Assembly (NCBI GenBank): GCA_964385625.1
Contig: CAYLPS010000005.1
Span: 220-64,219 of the forward strand
Reading direction: 5' to 3'
DNA: 64,000 bases
DNA from: an uncultured Anaerolineaceae bacterium
Lineage (GTDB): Bacteria > Chloroflexota > Anaerolineae > Anaerolineales > UBA4823
The stretch's first letter is position 1, and each line of letters starts with the position of its first letter. Below the pieces are notes generated by a model. That model was not told the DNA's origin. It searched no databases and saw only the letters and a list, made by a program, of their open reading frames with translations. Shown in pieces: positions 36,123-45,717 of this stretch. The translations under genes were made by a program, and so were the position numbers.

Positions 36123-36158
36123 GCTTACAACATCAAAAAAACCTATAAAGGAGGACAT

Positions 36159-36659
36159 ATGATTTACCAGGTTTTATCCAAGCTAGATCAAAAAATGCAT
36201 ATCGAGACGGCCCAGGCGCATTGCGACATCCCATGTGGCATTTACGACCCCATCGTCGCCCAGATCAGCGCGTTGACAGTGGTGCGCATGATCGATTTAA
36301 TGACGGAGTTTGAGGGCAAGAACCCCGAGCACAATAAAGATTACATGAACAGCATGGCGCGTTACATCGCCGTTAAGGAAGAGCATGCCGAACGGGCTAA
36401 ATCAGAGATACGCATCATCTGGGGAGATTATTTCAAAGCCCAGCACATCGAGAAATATCCCAATGCGCATGCCCTGGTGCACAAAATCATGCAGCTGGGC
36501 TCCAAGGCGCGCCAGACCGCCGACCGCGACCAGGCACTGCAGCTGGTGGATGCGATTAACGAATTTGCCCAGATGTTCTGGGAAACCAAGGGGATCGCCA
36601 CCAAGCGCGCCAAGGCTCCCTATGCCCCGGCGCTGGAGATGGTTTATCCCAACCTGTAA
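36159..36659 (+). CDS. sodN: nickel superoxide dismutase precursor
   Basis: 166 aa. The Ni-hook HCDIPCGIYDP follows a roughly 20-aa propeptide ending AQA. Confidence 0.92.
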   Translation: MIYQVLSKLDQKMHIETAQAHCDIPCGIYDPIVAQISALTVVRMIDLMTEFEGKNPEHNKDYMNSMARYIAVKEEHAERAKSEIRIIWGDYFKAQHIEKYPNAHALVHKIMQLGSKARQTADRDQALQLVDAINEFAQMFWETKGIATKRAKAPYAPALEMVYPNL

Positions 36660-36952
36660 TGCTCAGGCTACTGAGAATATCGGGACTGAGCTTAGCCCCT
36701 GAATTTCAACATGGGGATTTTGTGCTGGTCAGCAAAATCCCCTTTCTTTTTTCTCCACCCGCACCGGGCAATGTGGTGGCTTTCCGTCAGCCTGGTTATG
36801 GCTTGCTGATCAAGCGCATCCAGGCTGTTGACCCTGACGGCGGTTTGATGGTCAGCGGCAGCCACCCAGACAGCGTCGACAGCCGCGTTTTTGGCGCTGT
36901 GAGGCCGGCGGATTTGCTGGGCAAAGTGGTCTGGCACATCCGCAAGCGCTGA
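36659..36952 (+). CDS. sodX: Ni-SOD maturation protease (S26 signal-peptidase-like)
   Basis: 97 aa. TAATG overlap with sodN. Ser motif ISGLSLAPEFQHGDFVLV and Lys motif LLIKRI. Confidence 0.8.
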   Translation: MLRLLRISGLSLAPEFQHGDFVLVSKIPFLFSPPAPGNVVAFRQPGYGLLIKRIQAVDPDGGLMVSGSHPDSVDSRVFGAVRPADLLGKVVWHIRKR

Positions 36953-37009
36953 AACCCATATCCTCCGGCAGCCTGTTTCAGTGAATTCGTCTATAATTAG
37001 CCGCGGTAC

Positions 37010-37963
37010 ATGGATTCACCTAAACGGCCTCCTGTTTCACCGCTCATTGCCATCCTATTCGGCATCCTGGCGGTATCCACTGCCTCTATTTTCATCCGCT
37101 ATGCGCAGCGCGAAGCCACGTCGCTGGTGATTGCCGCCTGGAGGCTCAGCATCGCTTCGCTAGTGCTGGTGCCGGTGGCCGCCTCCACCCACAAACGCGA
37201 GCTGGCTACTTTGCAGCGCAATCAGTTGCTGCTGGCACTGCTTTCTGGGATTTTCCTGGCAGCCCATTTTGCCAGCTGGATCACCTCTCTGCAATACACC
37301 ACGGTAGCCAGCTCGGTGGTGCTGGTGAGCACTACCCCCCTATGGGTGGCACTGCTATCCCCATTCACCATCAAGGAACCCATCCAGCGCCTCGTGCGCA
37401 TCGGCCTGGTGCTGGCATTGATTGGAGTGGTGGTGGTGGGTTTCAACGATTCTTGCACCACCCCATCGGGTGCCTTCAGCTGCCCCAGCCTGGGAGATTT
37501 CTTACAAGACAGGGCCTTCGTGGGCGACCTGTTGGCGGTGGCCGGTGCCATCGCCGGGGCATGCTATTTACTGATCGGCCGCCGGCTGAGAGCGAAAATG
37601 TCATTGGTCAGCTACATCTCGCTGGTGTATGGGATGGCAGCGGTGGTGCTTATAATTATCATGCTGTCCGCCCGGGAAAATCCCTTTGGATATTCCCCAC
37701 AAATCTACTTGTGGCTGATATTGCTGGCAATCATCCCGCAGCTGATCGGTCACTCAACTTTCAATTGGGCGCTGGGCTATCTTTCGGCAGCTTATGTATC
37801 CATCACCCTGCTGGGTGAGCCAATCGGCTCGACCATCCTGGCGTATTTTTTCCTGCACGAAGTGCCCGGTCCGGTCAAACTGTTGGGAGGAGTGTTGATC
37901 CTGGCAGGCATCTACATTGCCTCCCGCTCGGAGGCGGGCAAACAACCCGAGCTCCCCGATTAG
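37010..37963 (+). CDS. EamA/DMT family transporter
   Basis: 317 aa with about 10 TM helices in two EamA-like halves. Confidence 0.8.
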   Translation: MDSPKRPPVSPLIAILFGILAVSTASIFIRYAQREATSLVIAAWRLSIASLVLVPVAASTHKRELATLQRNQLLLALLSGIFLAAHFASWITSLQYTTVASSVVLVSTTPLWVALLSPFTIKEPIQRLVRIGLVLALIGVVVVGFNDSCTTPSGAFSCPSLGDFLQDRAFVGDLLAVAGAIAGACYLLIGRRLRAKMSLVSYISLVYGMAAVVLIIIMLSARENPFGYSPQIYLWLILLAIIPQLIGHSTFNWALGYLSAAYVSITLLGEPIGSTILAYFFLHEVPGPVKLLGGVLILAGIYIASRSEAGKQPELPD

Positions 37964-38238
37964 ACCATTGAATGCAAGGGCAGAAGCATGCCAGCCATAT
38001 GCACGAATGGCTCCACACTCTGGGGAAAAAAAGGAAAGAAAAATCCCGCCAGTCAGGCGCCAAGATTTTGAAGGATGGTGCACCAGAGGCTAAGCTGGAG
38101 GCAGGCAGGCTTACAGCCCAGGTTGCCCGGCAGGAAGCTGGCCGGGAAGTGGGGCTGGAGGTGAGAGGGTAAATTGATGTATACTAAAGCGGCAGGTGAA
38201 AAAGTGGTTAACCAGGATCTTCGATTAAGAAGTAGGTC

Positions 38239-40512
38239 ATGCCAGCCAAGAAAAAACCAGACACGATAGAAATCAGCGGCGCAGCAAAGCGCGAATATGA
38301 AAATCTCGTCCACCAGGGGATGGGGTTTTTCGCTCGTTTCCAACGCTTCGGCTCCGATTTTGTCGGCATCATCCTGGTGGCGTCGGCATTACTGACCCTG
38401 TTCGCCCTGTACATGCCGGGCCTGTCACAAGGCACGCTCACCACGTTCTGGCGCAGCCTGATGCAGCGTGGTTTTGGGTATGGAGCCATTCTGGTGGTGA
38501 TCGGCTTGTTGGCCGCAGGTGTGATGGTGCTGCGCCATGCAGCTCACAGGCCGGGAGTGCAGACCGCGCCTGGTGCTCCGCCTGCCAAGAGGGTGCACTG
38601 GGGACGGGTCATCGCCCTGGAGCTGGCGGGGTTTTCCGTCCTGGGTTTGCTGGCGGTGATTGGGGGAAGGGTGGCCTACCGGGCTGACCTGGGCCTTGAT
38701 GGAGGTTTCGTGGGTTGGGGGTTGGCTGAGTTAATGGCAACGGGCTTGAAATACCTCAGCCTGGACCGAAATCTATGGGGAGGATTAGCCTTCGGCCTGA
38801 TTGCCCTTGCCTGCCTGGGATATGGCCTGGGCTTGCTGCCACCATTGCTCAGGTGGTTGCAAAAAACCAGCGCTTCGAAGCCGGCCAGCCTGGTGGTGAA
38901 TGAGCCAGTGGTAAGTGTTGCTCCCGCAGCCACCCAAACCGGGGCATCAATGCCGGGAGCAGAGCGTAAAAAGCGCCGCCCGTCCATACCCGCCGAGTTT
39001 CGCAAGCGCCTGAATCCATCTCCTGTGCAAGCCAAATACCAGCCTCCGCCTCCGCGCGACGAACACCTTCCCTCGCTGGAGCTGCTGGTGAGAGACCAGC
39101 TCGACCGGCCTGACGAGCGCAACATCAACCAGACGGCGGGGATGATCGAGAAATCACTAGCAGAGTTTGGCATACCGGCCAAGGTGGTGGGCTTTCGGGT
39201 GGGGCCAACCGTGACCCAATTTGCGGTCGAGCCGGGCTTCGTGGAAAAGGGCGGCTCGGAAGAAGAGCAAGCAAACCGCATCAAGGTGCGCGTGGCCCAA
39301 ATTGCCGGGTTACGGCGCGACCTGGCGCTGGCCCTTGCTGCTGAGCGGCTGCGCATCGAAGCCCCCGTGCCCGGGCGTCCCTACGTGGGCATCGAAGTGC
39401 CCAATATGCGCACCAGCATGGTGCGCTTGCGTCCCATCCTCGAGACGGAAGCTTTTTATAAGGTAGGTTCGCCCCTCACCATCGCCCTGGGGAGAGATGT
39501 CTCAGGCTTGCCAGTGGTAGCTGACCTGAGCACCATGCCGCATCTGTTGATCGCCGGCACCACCGGCTCGGGAAAATCGGTGTGCATTGCTGCCATCACC
39601 GCCTGCCTGGTGATGAACAACACTCCTGATGACCTGCGCCTGGTGATGATCGATCCCAAGATGGTGGAGCTGGTGCGCTTCAACGGCCTGCCCCACCTGT
39701 TTGGCAAAGTGGAAACGGACATCCAGCGCATCCTGGGGGTGCTGCGTTGGGTGGTGGTGGAAATGGACCGGCGCTACAAGCTGCTGGAAGAGATGCACGC
39801 CCGCAACATCGATTCATATAATCGTAAGGCGCGGCGGCGCAAGGACATTCAGCCGCTGCCCCGCATCGTGGTGTTGCTGGATGAGCTCGCCGACCTGATG
39901 ATGACCGCCCCCGACCAGACCGAGCCCATGCTGATCCGCCTGGCTCAGCTGGCGCGCGCCACGGGCATCCACCTGGTGGTGGCAACCCAGCGCCCCAGCA
40001 CCGACGTGGTCACCGGGTTGATCAAAGCCAATTTCCCGGCGCGTATCTCGTTTGCCGTGGCCTCATCGGTGGATTCACGTGTGATCCTCGACACGGGAGG
40101 GGCAGAGAGCCTGCTGGGGCACGGTGATATGCTGTTCATGCCGCCCGAAGTTGCCGCTCCGGTCAGGGTGCAGGGGGTGATGGTCTCGGATGCAGAGATC
40201 GACAAGCTGATCCTGTACTGGCAAACTGTCCATCCGCCGGAAGAGGGCGCCACCCCACCCTGGGAAGAGCTGCTCAGTGAGAATGCGGTGATGGCGGACC
40301 GGGATGGGCTGGTGAATAAGGCTATCGAGCTGCTGCGCGGCGAGAAACATGCCAGTGCCTCGATGCTGCAGCGCCGCCTGCGCATTGGCTACCCGCGCGC
40401 GGCGCGGTTGATGGATAAGCTGGAAGATATGGGCGTGGTGGGTCCATCCCAAACCGGCGGGCGCGAGCGTGAAGTGCTGCTGGAGAGCGAAGACCCAGAC
40501 GAAGAAAAGTAA
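38239..40512 (+). CDS. ftsK: DNA translocase FtsK
   Basis: 757 aa. N-terminal TM helices, a Pro-rich linker, Walker A GTTGSGKS, DELADLM, RATGIHLVVATQRPS, and a C-terminal gamma wHTH (SASMLQRRLRIGYPRAARLMDKLE). Confidence 0.92.
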   Translation: MPAKKKPDTIEISGAAKREYENLVHQGMGFFARFQRFGSDFVGIILVASALLTLFALYMPGLSQGTLTTFWRSLMQRGFGYGAILVVIGLLAAGVMVLRHAAHRPGVQTAPGAPPAKRVHWGRVIALELAGFSVLGLLAVIGGRVAYRADLGLDGGFVGWGLAELMATGLKYLSLDRNLWGGLAFGLIALACLGYGLGLLPPLLRWLQKTSASKPASLVVNEPVVSVAPAATQTGASMPGAERKKRRPSIPAEFRKRLNPSPVQAKYQPPPPRDEHLPSLELLVRDQLDRPDERNINQTAGMIEKSLAEFGIPAKVVGFRVGPTVTQFAVEPGFVEKGGSEEEQANRIKVRVAQIAGLRRDLALALAAERLRIEAPVPGRPYVGIEVPNMRTSMVRLRPILETEAFYKVGSPLTIALGRDVSGLPVVADLSTMPHLLIAGTTGSGKSVCIAAITACLVMNNTPDDLRLVMIDPKMVELVRFNGLPHLFGKVETDIQRILGVLRWVVVEMDRRYKLLEEMHARNIDSYNRKARRRKDIQPLPRIVVLLDELADLMMTAPDQTEPMLIRLAQLARATGIHLVVATQRPSTDVVTGLIKANFPARISFAVASSVDSRVILDTGGAESLLGHGDMLFMPPEVAAPVRVQGVMVSDAEIDKLILYWQTVHPPEEGATPPWEELLSENAVMADRDGLVNKAIELLRGEKHASASMLQRRLRIGYPRAARLMDKLEDMGVVGPSQTGGREREVLLESEDPDEEK

Positions 40513-40644
40513 TCACTGCTGAACAACCCACCCGTTGAGTAAAGAAATAACCGCGGATGGAGCGACTATGCGCAGCACCGGAACGCTCCTTACCTGGGTG
40601 AGGAATTATTAAGGACTTACTTAGCTGGTTTTTCCTCTCTTTCG

Positions 40645-40673
40645 TTGACAAGCCTGCCTTTCGCAAGTAAGAT
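40645..40673 (+). promoter_or_regulatory. candidate promoter of the PfkB/CDP-alcohol transferase/lgt operon
   Basis: TTGACA (40645-40650), 17-nt spacer, TAAGAT (40668-40673). This leaves a leader of about 110 nt. Confidence 0.45.
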
Positions 40674-40788
40674 ATACGCTGTTTACCGACTGGCATTCAC
40701 CCATATGCATCATCACGCCAATCCGTAGGCCGCATTACTGCCGCGAGCAGCAACGACGATAACGAAAACACGAGGCTACCCTGAAATC

Positions 40789-41715
40789 ATGACTTTACCC
40801 CGCATTCTTGCCTTTGGCAACCCGGTTTTTGACCTGATCACCACCCCGTTAATCTCAACCGAGGAGCGCATTTTATCCGGATGCTCCACCAACGCCTGCC
40901 TGGCGGCTTCACGCCTGGGTTACCCAACCACCCTGGTAGGAGGTGTTGGTGCAGATTTCCGCCAGCGCCTGGAACACGAATTGCACGCCTGCGGGATTAA
41001 CAGCTGCCTGTTCCAAACCCGGCAAACCGGAGGTTTTGCGCTACACTACATCGATGACCAGGGCAACCGGACACTCTCGATTTTAGGAATCGCCGATCCC
41101 CTCCCAGCGGACCTGATCCCGGATAATGAGGCACAATTCATCCTCCTGGGACCCATCCTGAGCGAGATAACCCTGGAATTGGTGAAAAACCTGCGTAAAA
41201 AGTATTCCGCCCCCATCCTGCTCGACCCGCAAGGCCTGCTGCGCACGCTGCACGATGGAGAAGTAGAGCACGTGATGTCGCAGGCTTTCGCCGATATTGC
41301 AGCCTACGCCACAATTATCAAAGCCAACGAGTTGGAAACCCGCGTGGCAACTGGCATCAACCCGCGCCAGGATCCAGATGGTGCGGTGAAAGCGCTGTAC
41401 GGCTATGGGTGCAAAATTGCCGTGGTCACTCTGGCAGAAGCGGGATCGATCATTTATGATGGATCCATGATCTACCCCATTCCGCCCTACACCACCCAAG
41501 CCCTTGATCCTACCGGGGCAGGCGATACTTACGCCGCAGGATTCATGGTGAGATACCTGGAAACACCCGATGATCTGACCGCGGTAGGTTGCTTTGCTTC
41601 AGGCGTGGCTTCGGTAATGGTAGAGAATATTGGCCCTGACTTCCCCCTCACCCGTCAGGAAGCCGACCGGCGCGCTCAAGTCCTGCAAAGCGCACCTTTG
41701 CGGGTAAAATTATGA
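40789..41715 (+). CDS. PfkB-family carbohydrate/polyol kinase
   Basis: 308 aa. C-terminal ATP/anion-hole motif DPTGAGDTYAAGF and a ribokinase-like N-terminus (FGNPVFDLI). Substrate unknown. Confidence 0.8.
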   Translation: MTLPRILAFGNPVFDLITTPLISTEERILSGCSTNACLAASRLGYPTTLVGGVGADFRQRLEHELHACGINSCLFQTRQTGGFALHYIDDQGNRTLSILGIADPLPADLIPDNEAQFILLGPILSEITLELVKNLRKKYSAPILLDPQGLLRTLHDGEVEHVMSQAFADIAAYATIIKANELETRVATGINPRQDPDGAVKALYGYGCKIAVVTLAEAGSIIYDGSMIYPIPPYTTQALDPTGAGDTYAAGFMVRYLETPDDLTAVGCFASGVASVMVENIGPDFPLTRQEADRRAQVLQSAPLRVKL

Positions 41716-41747
41716 GGCGATTATCGCTTACAGGAGTGTAAATTTAC

Positions 41748-42386
41748 ATGCTAGCCAGATTGCGGCCCTTCTATAACAAGATCATTGCCCCGATTGGTAA
41801 TCTTAGCTGCCGGCTCGGTTTTACCGCAGACCTGTGGACGATTATCAGCCTGCTATTTGCCATCGCGGCCGGGTATCTGCTAAGTCTTGACCATTATTGG
41901 GCAGGGTTGGGGCTGGGCATCGTCATGTATCTTGCGGATGGGTTGGATGGGGCAACAGCACGCGCCAGCGGTAAAGTTAGTGGCTTTGGTACAGTGTTTG
42001 ACCACACTGTAGACCGTTATGCCGAATTCATCCTCATCGGAGGCTTGCTGATTGGGGGTGGTATCAGCCCATTTGCTGCCATCCTGGCCATCTCGGGGAT
42101 GATCATGGCCTCTTATGTGCGCGCCAAGGCCGAGGCCTCAGCCGGCATCCTTGATTGCACGGTGGGCATCGCTGGGCGGGCGGAAAAATTAATCCTGCTT
42201 TTCCTGGGGATTGTTTTCCTGGGAGTAAACCTGGCTAATCTGGCTGAATATACCTTTATAATCATCGGTATAATATCTCATATTACAGCAATTCAGCGTT
42301 TATGGTTTACACGGACACATTATTTGCATCATGACCAAATTGAAACCAAAAGTCTAACCGAAAAAAAGGATACCTATGTCAATTGA
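41748..42386 (+). CDS. CDP-alcohol phosphatidyltransferase
   Basis: 212 aa. Complete motif D-G-x2-A-R-x8-G-x3-D-x3-D in DGLDGATARASGKVSGFGTVFDHTVDR. Multi-TM. Confidence 0.85.
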   Translation: MLARLRPFYNKIIAPIGNLSCRLGFTADLWTIISLLFAIAAGYLLSLDHYWAGLGLGIVMYLADGLDGATARASGKVSGFGTVFDHTVDRYAEFILIGGLLIGGGISPFAAILAISGMIMASYVRAKAEASAGILDCTVGIAGRAEKLILLFLGIVFLGVNLANLAEYTFIIIGIISHITAIQRLWFTRTHYLHHDQIETKSLTEKKDTYVN

Positions 42387-43236
42387 TCAATTCGGAATCC
42401 ATATCTTGGGCCTTTACATTCGCTGGTACGGCATCATCCTGATGAGTGGTGCGGTGGCGGCAGCTTTCCTGGCAGAGCATGAAGCCCGTCGCCGTGGTTT
42501 GAAGACCGAATATGTGTGGGATGCGCTCATCTGGGTGCTGATTGCAGGCATTATCGGTGCTCGACTGTGGCATGTATTTACCCCACCGCCCTCGATGGCA
42601 GCCATGGGGTACACCACCAAATACTACCTTACACATCCCCTGGCGCTAATCGATACACGCCTTGGCGGTCTGGGCATTGCGGGGGCCGTGATTGGGGGCG
42701 GGCTGGCATTGTATATCTATACCCGGGTCAAAAAGCTGAGCTTCCTGTTATGGGCGGATATCGCTGCCCCCGGGGTGGCCCTGGCACAGGCAATCGGGCG
42801 CTGGGGTAACTTTTTCAACCAGGAACTTTACGGCAAACCGACCAACCTGCCTTTTCCTCTTTCGGTATACATCCAAAACCCCATCGCAGGTTATCAAAAC
42901 TACCATACCTTCCAGGCGCTGTTTTTCTATGAATCGATACTGAACCTGTGCCTCGCAGGATTGTTATTATGGATGGCCAGGAAGATACCCGGAAAACTCA
43001 AAGAAGGGGACCTCTTCCTGATTTACCTGGTGGGCTACCCGATCATCCGCTTTTTCCTGGAATTTCTGCGCATTGATTCGCCAACCTACGCAACGATTAA
43101 CATTAACCAATATTTCATGCTGGCGGTGGCAATCGTGGCAGGTTTCTTACTGATCTGGCGGCACCACAGGCAGGCGCCCACTAAAGAAATCGCTGAAGAC
43201 GAAGCCGAACAGACAGCGCCTGAAGCCCATTCATAA
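42376..43236 (+). CDS. lgt: prolipoprotein diacylglyceryl transferase
   Basis: 286 aa. Lgt signature GRWGNFFNQELYG. The start overlaps the upstream stop by 11 nt. Confidence 0.9.
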   Translation: MSIDQFGIHILGLYIRWYGIILMSGAVAAAFLAEHEARRRGLKTEYVWDALIWVLIAGIIGARLWHVFTPPPSMAAMGYTTKYYLTHPLALIDTRLGGLGIAGAVIGGGLALYIYTRVKKLSFLLWADIAAPGVALAQAIGRWGNFFNQELYGKPTNLPFPLSVYIQNPIAGYQNYHTFQALFFYESILNLCLAGLLLWMARKIPGKLKEGDLFLIYLVGYPIIRFFLEFLRIDSPTYATININQYFMLAVAIVAGFLLIWRHHRQAPTKEIAEDEAEQTAPEAHS

Positions 43237-43298
43237 TTCCTCTCTGGCTGCAGCAATGCCTGGTACAGCCAGGTTTCTCAATCAAGTGTGACCGTTGA

Positions 43299-44276
43299 AT
43301 GATCCAGACTGAAAACCTGAGCAAGCGGTTTAATGATTTCCTGGCGGTCGACCGGGTGTCGTTGCAGGTGAGCTCGGGGCAGGTTCTGGCACTGCTCGGA
43401 CCAAACGGCGCCGGTAAAACCACCACCTTGCGCATGCTCACCTCGGTATTAAAGCCCAGCACGGGTTGGGCGCGCGTGGCAGGTTACGATGTGGTGCGAC
43501 AGGCAGCCCGAGTGCGCGCCTCGGTGGGCATCCTCACCGAACAACACGGGCTATACGGCCGCATGACCGCTGTGGAGTACCTCGATTTCTTCGGGCAGAT
43601 TTACCATATGTCACCAAATATACGCAGGAAGCGCACTGACACTCTACTGCAACAATTTGGCCTGGGAGACGAGCGCAAGCGGCGCATCGGGGAATATTCC
43701 AAGGGCATGCGGCAAAAACTGGCCCTGGCGCGTGCCCTATATCACGATCCACCGGTGTTATTAATGGATGAGCCCACCTCTGCCATGGACCCTGAAAGTG
43801 CCCGGCTGGTCAGGGATGCCATCCAGGGCTTGCGCAACGCCCGGCGGACGATCATCGTGTGCACCCACAACCTGCCTGAGGCTGAGGAGCTGGCCGATAA
43901 AATCGCCATCATCCAGCGCGGCCGTATCATCATCTCGGGTAGTGTCGGCGAGCTAAAAAATCGCCTGCTGGGCACCCCGCAATATGAAGTCCACCTGGGG
44001 GTTAATCTTGACGGTTTTACTTTCCATTTACCTGAAGCCGCCCGGCAAACCGCCCAGGGTGAGGATTGGATTCGCTACCAGGTGGATGACCCGCGGCAGG
44101 CAAATCCACAGGTGGTGCAGAGCCTGGTGAGCCAAAACCTGCCTGTAGTTGGTTTATATGAAGTGCCGCGCAGTCTTGAGAAGGTCTACCTGCAAGCCGT
44201 GGGCAGCGAGGGCAACGATACCTTGCAAATGAATGAATATCCAGGCGCAGAAGCTGAGACCGAACATGCTGGCTGA
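43299..44276 (+). CDS. ABC transporter ATP-binding protein
   Basis: 325 aa. Walker A GPNGAGKTT, signature YSKGMRQKL, Walker B LLMDEPTS. Confidence 0.9.
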   Translation: MIQTENLSKRFNDFLAVDRVSLQVSSGQVLALLGPNGAGKTTTLRMLTSVLKPSTGWARVAGYDVVRQAARVRASVGILTEQHGLYGRMTAVEYLDFFGQIYHMSPNIRRKRTDTLLQQFGLGDERKRRIGEYSKGMRQKLALARALYHDPPVLLMDEPTSAMDPESARLVRDAIQGLRNARRTIIVCTHNLPEAEELADKIAIIQRGRIIISGSVGELKNRLLGTPQYEVHLGVNLDGFTFHLPEAARQTAQGEDWIRYQVDDPRQANPQVVQSLVSQNLPVVGLYEVPRSLEKVYLQAVGSEGNDTLQMNEYPGAEAETEHAG

Positions 44277-45699
44277 CCTTCTCCCTGCGCTCATTATTAC
44301 CCGCCGTGAGATACGTGACCAGCTGAGAGACTGGCGTATTGTGCTGCCCATCGTGGTGCTCACCTTGATATTCCCATTTCTGGCAAACTTTACCACCCAG
44401 CGGATTCTAGGCTTTGTGCAAAAATATGGTGCCAACCTGTTGGCGGAGAGGTTCATCCCCTTTCTGCTGATGATCGTGGGCTTTTTTCCAATCTCGATTT
44501 CACTGGTGATTGCGTTGGAAAGCTTTGCCGGTGAGACCGAGCGGCGCAGCATCGAGCCTTTGTTGAGCAGCCCGCTCACCGACAGCCAGCTGTACATTGG
44601 CAAATTGCTGGCATGCGTGCTCACGCCCCTGTTCGCCTCTTACCTGGGGATGGGCGTGTACCTGGTGGGGATTTATTACACCACCAGTTGGAGGACGGAG
44701 CCGCAATTCCTGCTTCTAATTGGCCTGCTGACCGGTGTGCAAGCCCTGGTGATGGTCAGCGGGGCTGTGGTAATCTCCACCCAAACCACCTCGGTGAGGG
44801 CTGCCAACCTGCTGGCCTCCTTCATTATCATCCCAGTAGCCCTGCTCATCCAGGTGGAAGCGGTGATGATGCTGTGGGCAGATTACCAGGTGTTATGGTG
44901 GGCAGTGCTTGGTCAGGTGGTCCTGGCTGGCTTGCTGGTGCGTATGGGTGTCACCCACATGAACCGCGAGGAATTGCTGGGACATGAATTAGACACCCTA
45001 AACCTGCGTTGGACCTGGCGAGCATTTTCCACCCAATTTATCGGCGAGGCGCACTCCGTGAAGCAGTGGTACTTGCATGAAATCCCGCGTACTTTGCGCA
45101 AGCTGCTGCTGCCGGCCGGCTTGATGATCCTGGTGCTGGCAGCAGTCACGTTCCTTGGGGCAGTGGAGGTGAAAAATCTGGGCATTTCACCCGGCACGCT
45201 TGGTTTAGATCGCCTGCAGGTGATTGACAGCCAAATCCTCGGCCAGTTGCGCCAGTACGGGTTTTTCACCGCCAGCAGCGTGGCAGCCATCTGGTGGCAT
45301 AACCTGCGGGCGGTGAGCATCGCCGCAGTGCTGGGCATCTTCACCCTGGGAGTAGTGGGGGTGCTGGTGCTGATGCTGCCCATGGGAATCATTGGGTTTG
45401 TAACCGGGGCTGCCAGCCTAACCGGGTTAAGCCCGCTCACCACCTGGGCAGCTTTCAGCATGCCGCATGGGCTGCTAGAAATTCCCGCATTGATTCTATC
45501 AGGGGCAGCCATTTTACAGTTGGGGGCCAGCTTTGTAACCCCCCATTATCGCCCATCGATCGGAGAAGGCTTGATCAGCGCCCTGGCAGATTGGGCAAAA
45601 GTCACCCTGGGCGTAGTTGTGCCGCTATTCTTATTATCAGCAATACTCGAGGTTTTTGTCAGCCCGCACCTGATGGCCAGGCTGCTGGGTGGGGGATAA
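44266..45699 (+). CDS. ABC-2 (NatB-like) permease fused to a SpoIIM/DUF95-like membrane domain
   Basis: The start is ambiguous, either 44233 or 44266. N-terminal half: FAGETERRSIEPLLSSPL (ABC-2/NatB-type). C-terminal half: WWHNLRAVSIAAVLG ... MPHGLLEIPALILSGAAILQLG ... ILEVFVSP (SpoIIM-type). Confidence 0.65.
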   Translation: MLADLLPALIITRREIRDQLRDWRIVLPIVVLTLIFPFLANFTTQRILGFVQKYGANLLAERFIPFLLMIVGFFPISISLVIALESFAGETERRSIEPLLSSPLTDSQLYIGKLLACVLTPLFASYLGMGVYLVGIYYTTSWRTEPQFLLLIGLLTGVQALVMVSGAVVISTQTTSVRAANLLASFIIIPVALLIQVEAVMMLWADYQVLWWAVLGQVVLAGLLVRMGVTHMNREELLGHELDTLNLRWTWRAFSTQFIGEAHSVKQWYLHEIPRTLRKLLLPAGLMILVLAAVTFLGAVEVKNLGISPGTLGLDRLQVIDSQILGQLRQYGFFTASSVAAIWWHNLRAVSIAAVLGIFTLGVVGVLVLMLPMGIIGFVTGAASLTGLSPLTTWAAFSMPHGLLEIPALILSGAAILQLGASFVTPHYRPSIGEGLISALADWAKVTLGVVVPLFLLSAILEVFVSPHLMARLLGGG

Positions 45700-45717
45700 A
45701 ATCATCCCGGGGCATGC

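Noticed and set aside
37964-38238. Small ORFs (37972-38172 plus strand, 38053-38343 minus strand) in the eamA-ftsK spacer
   Set aside because: They lack SDs, have low-complexity Lys/Glu/Gly or hydrophobic composition, and overlap each other and the ftsK start region.
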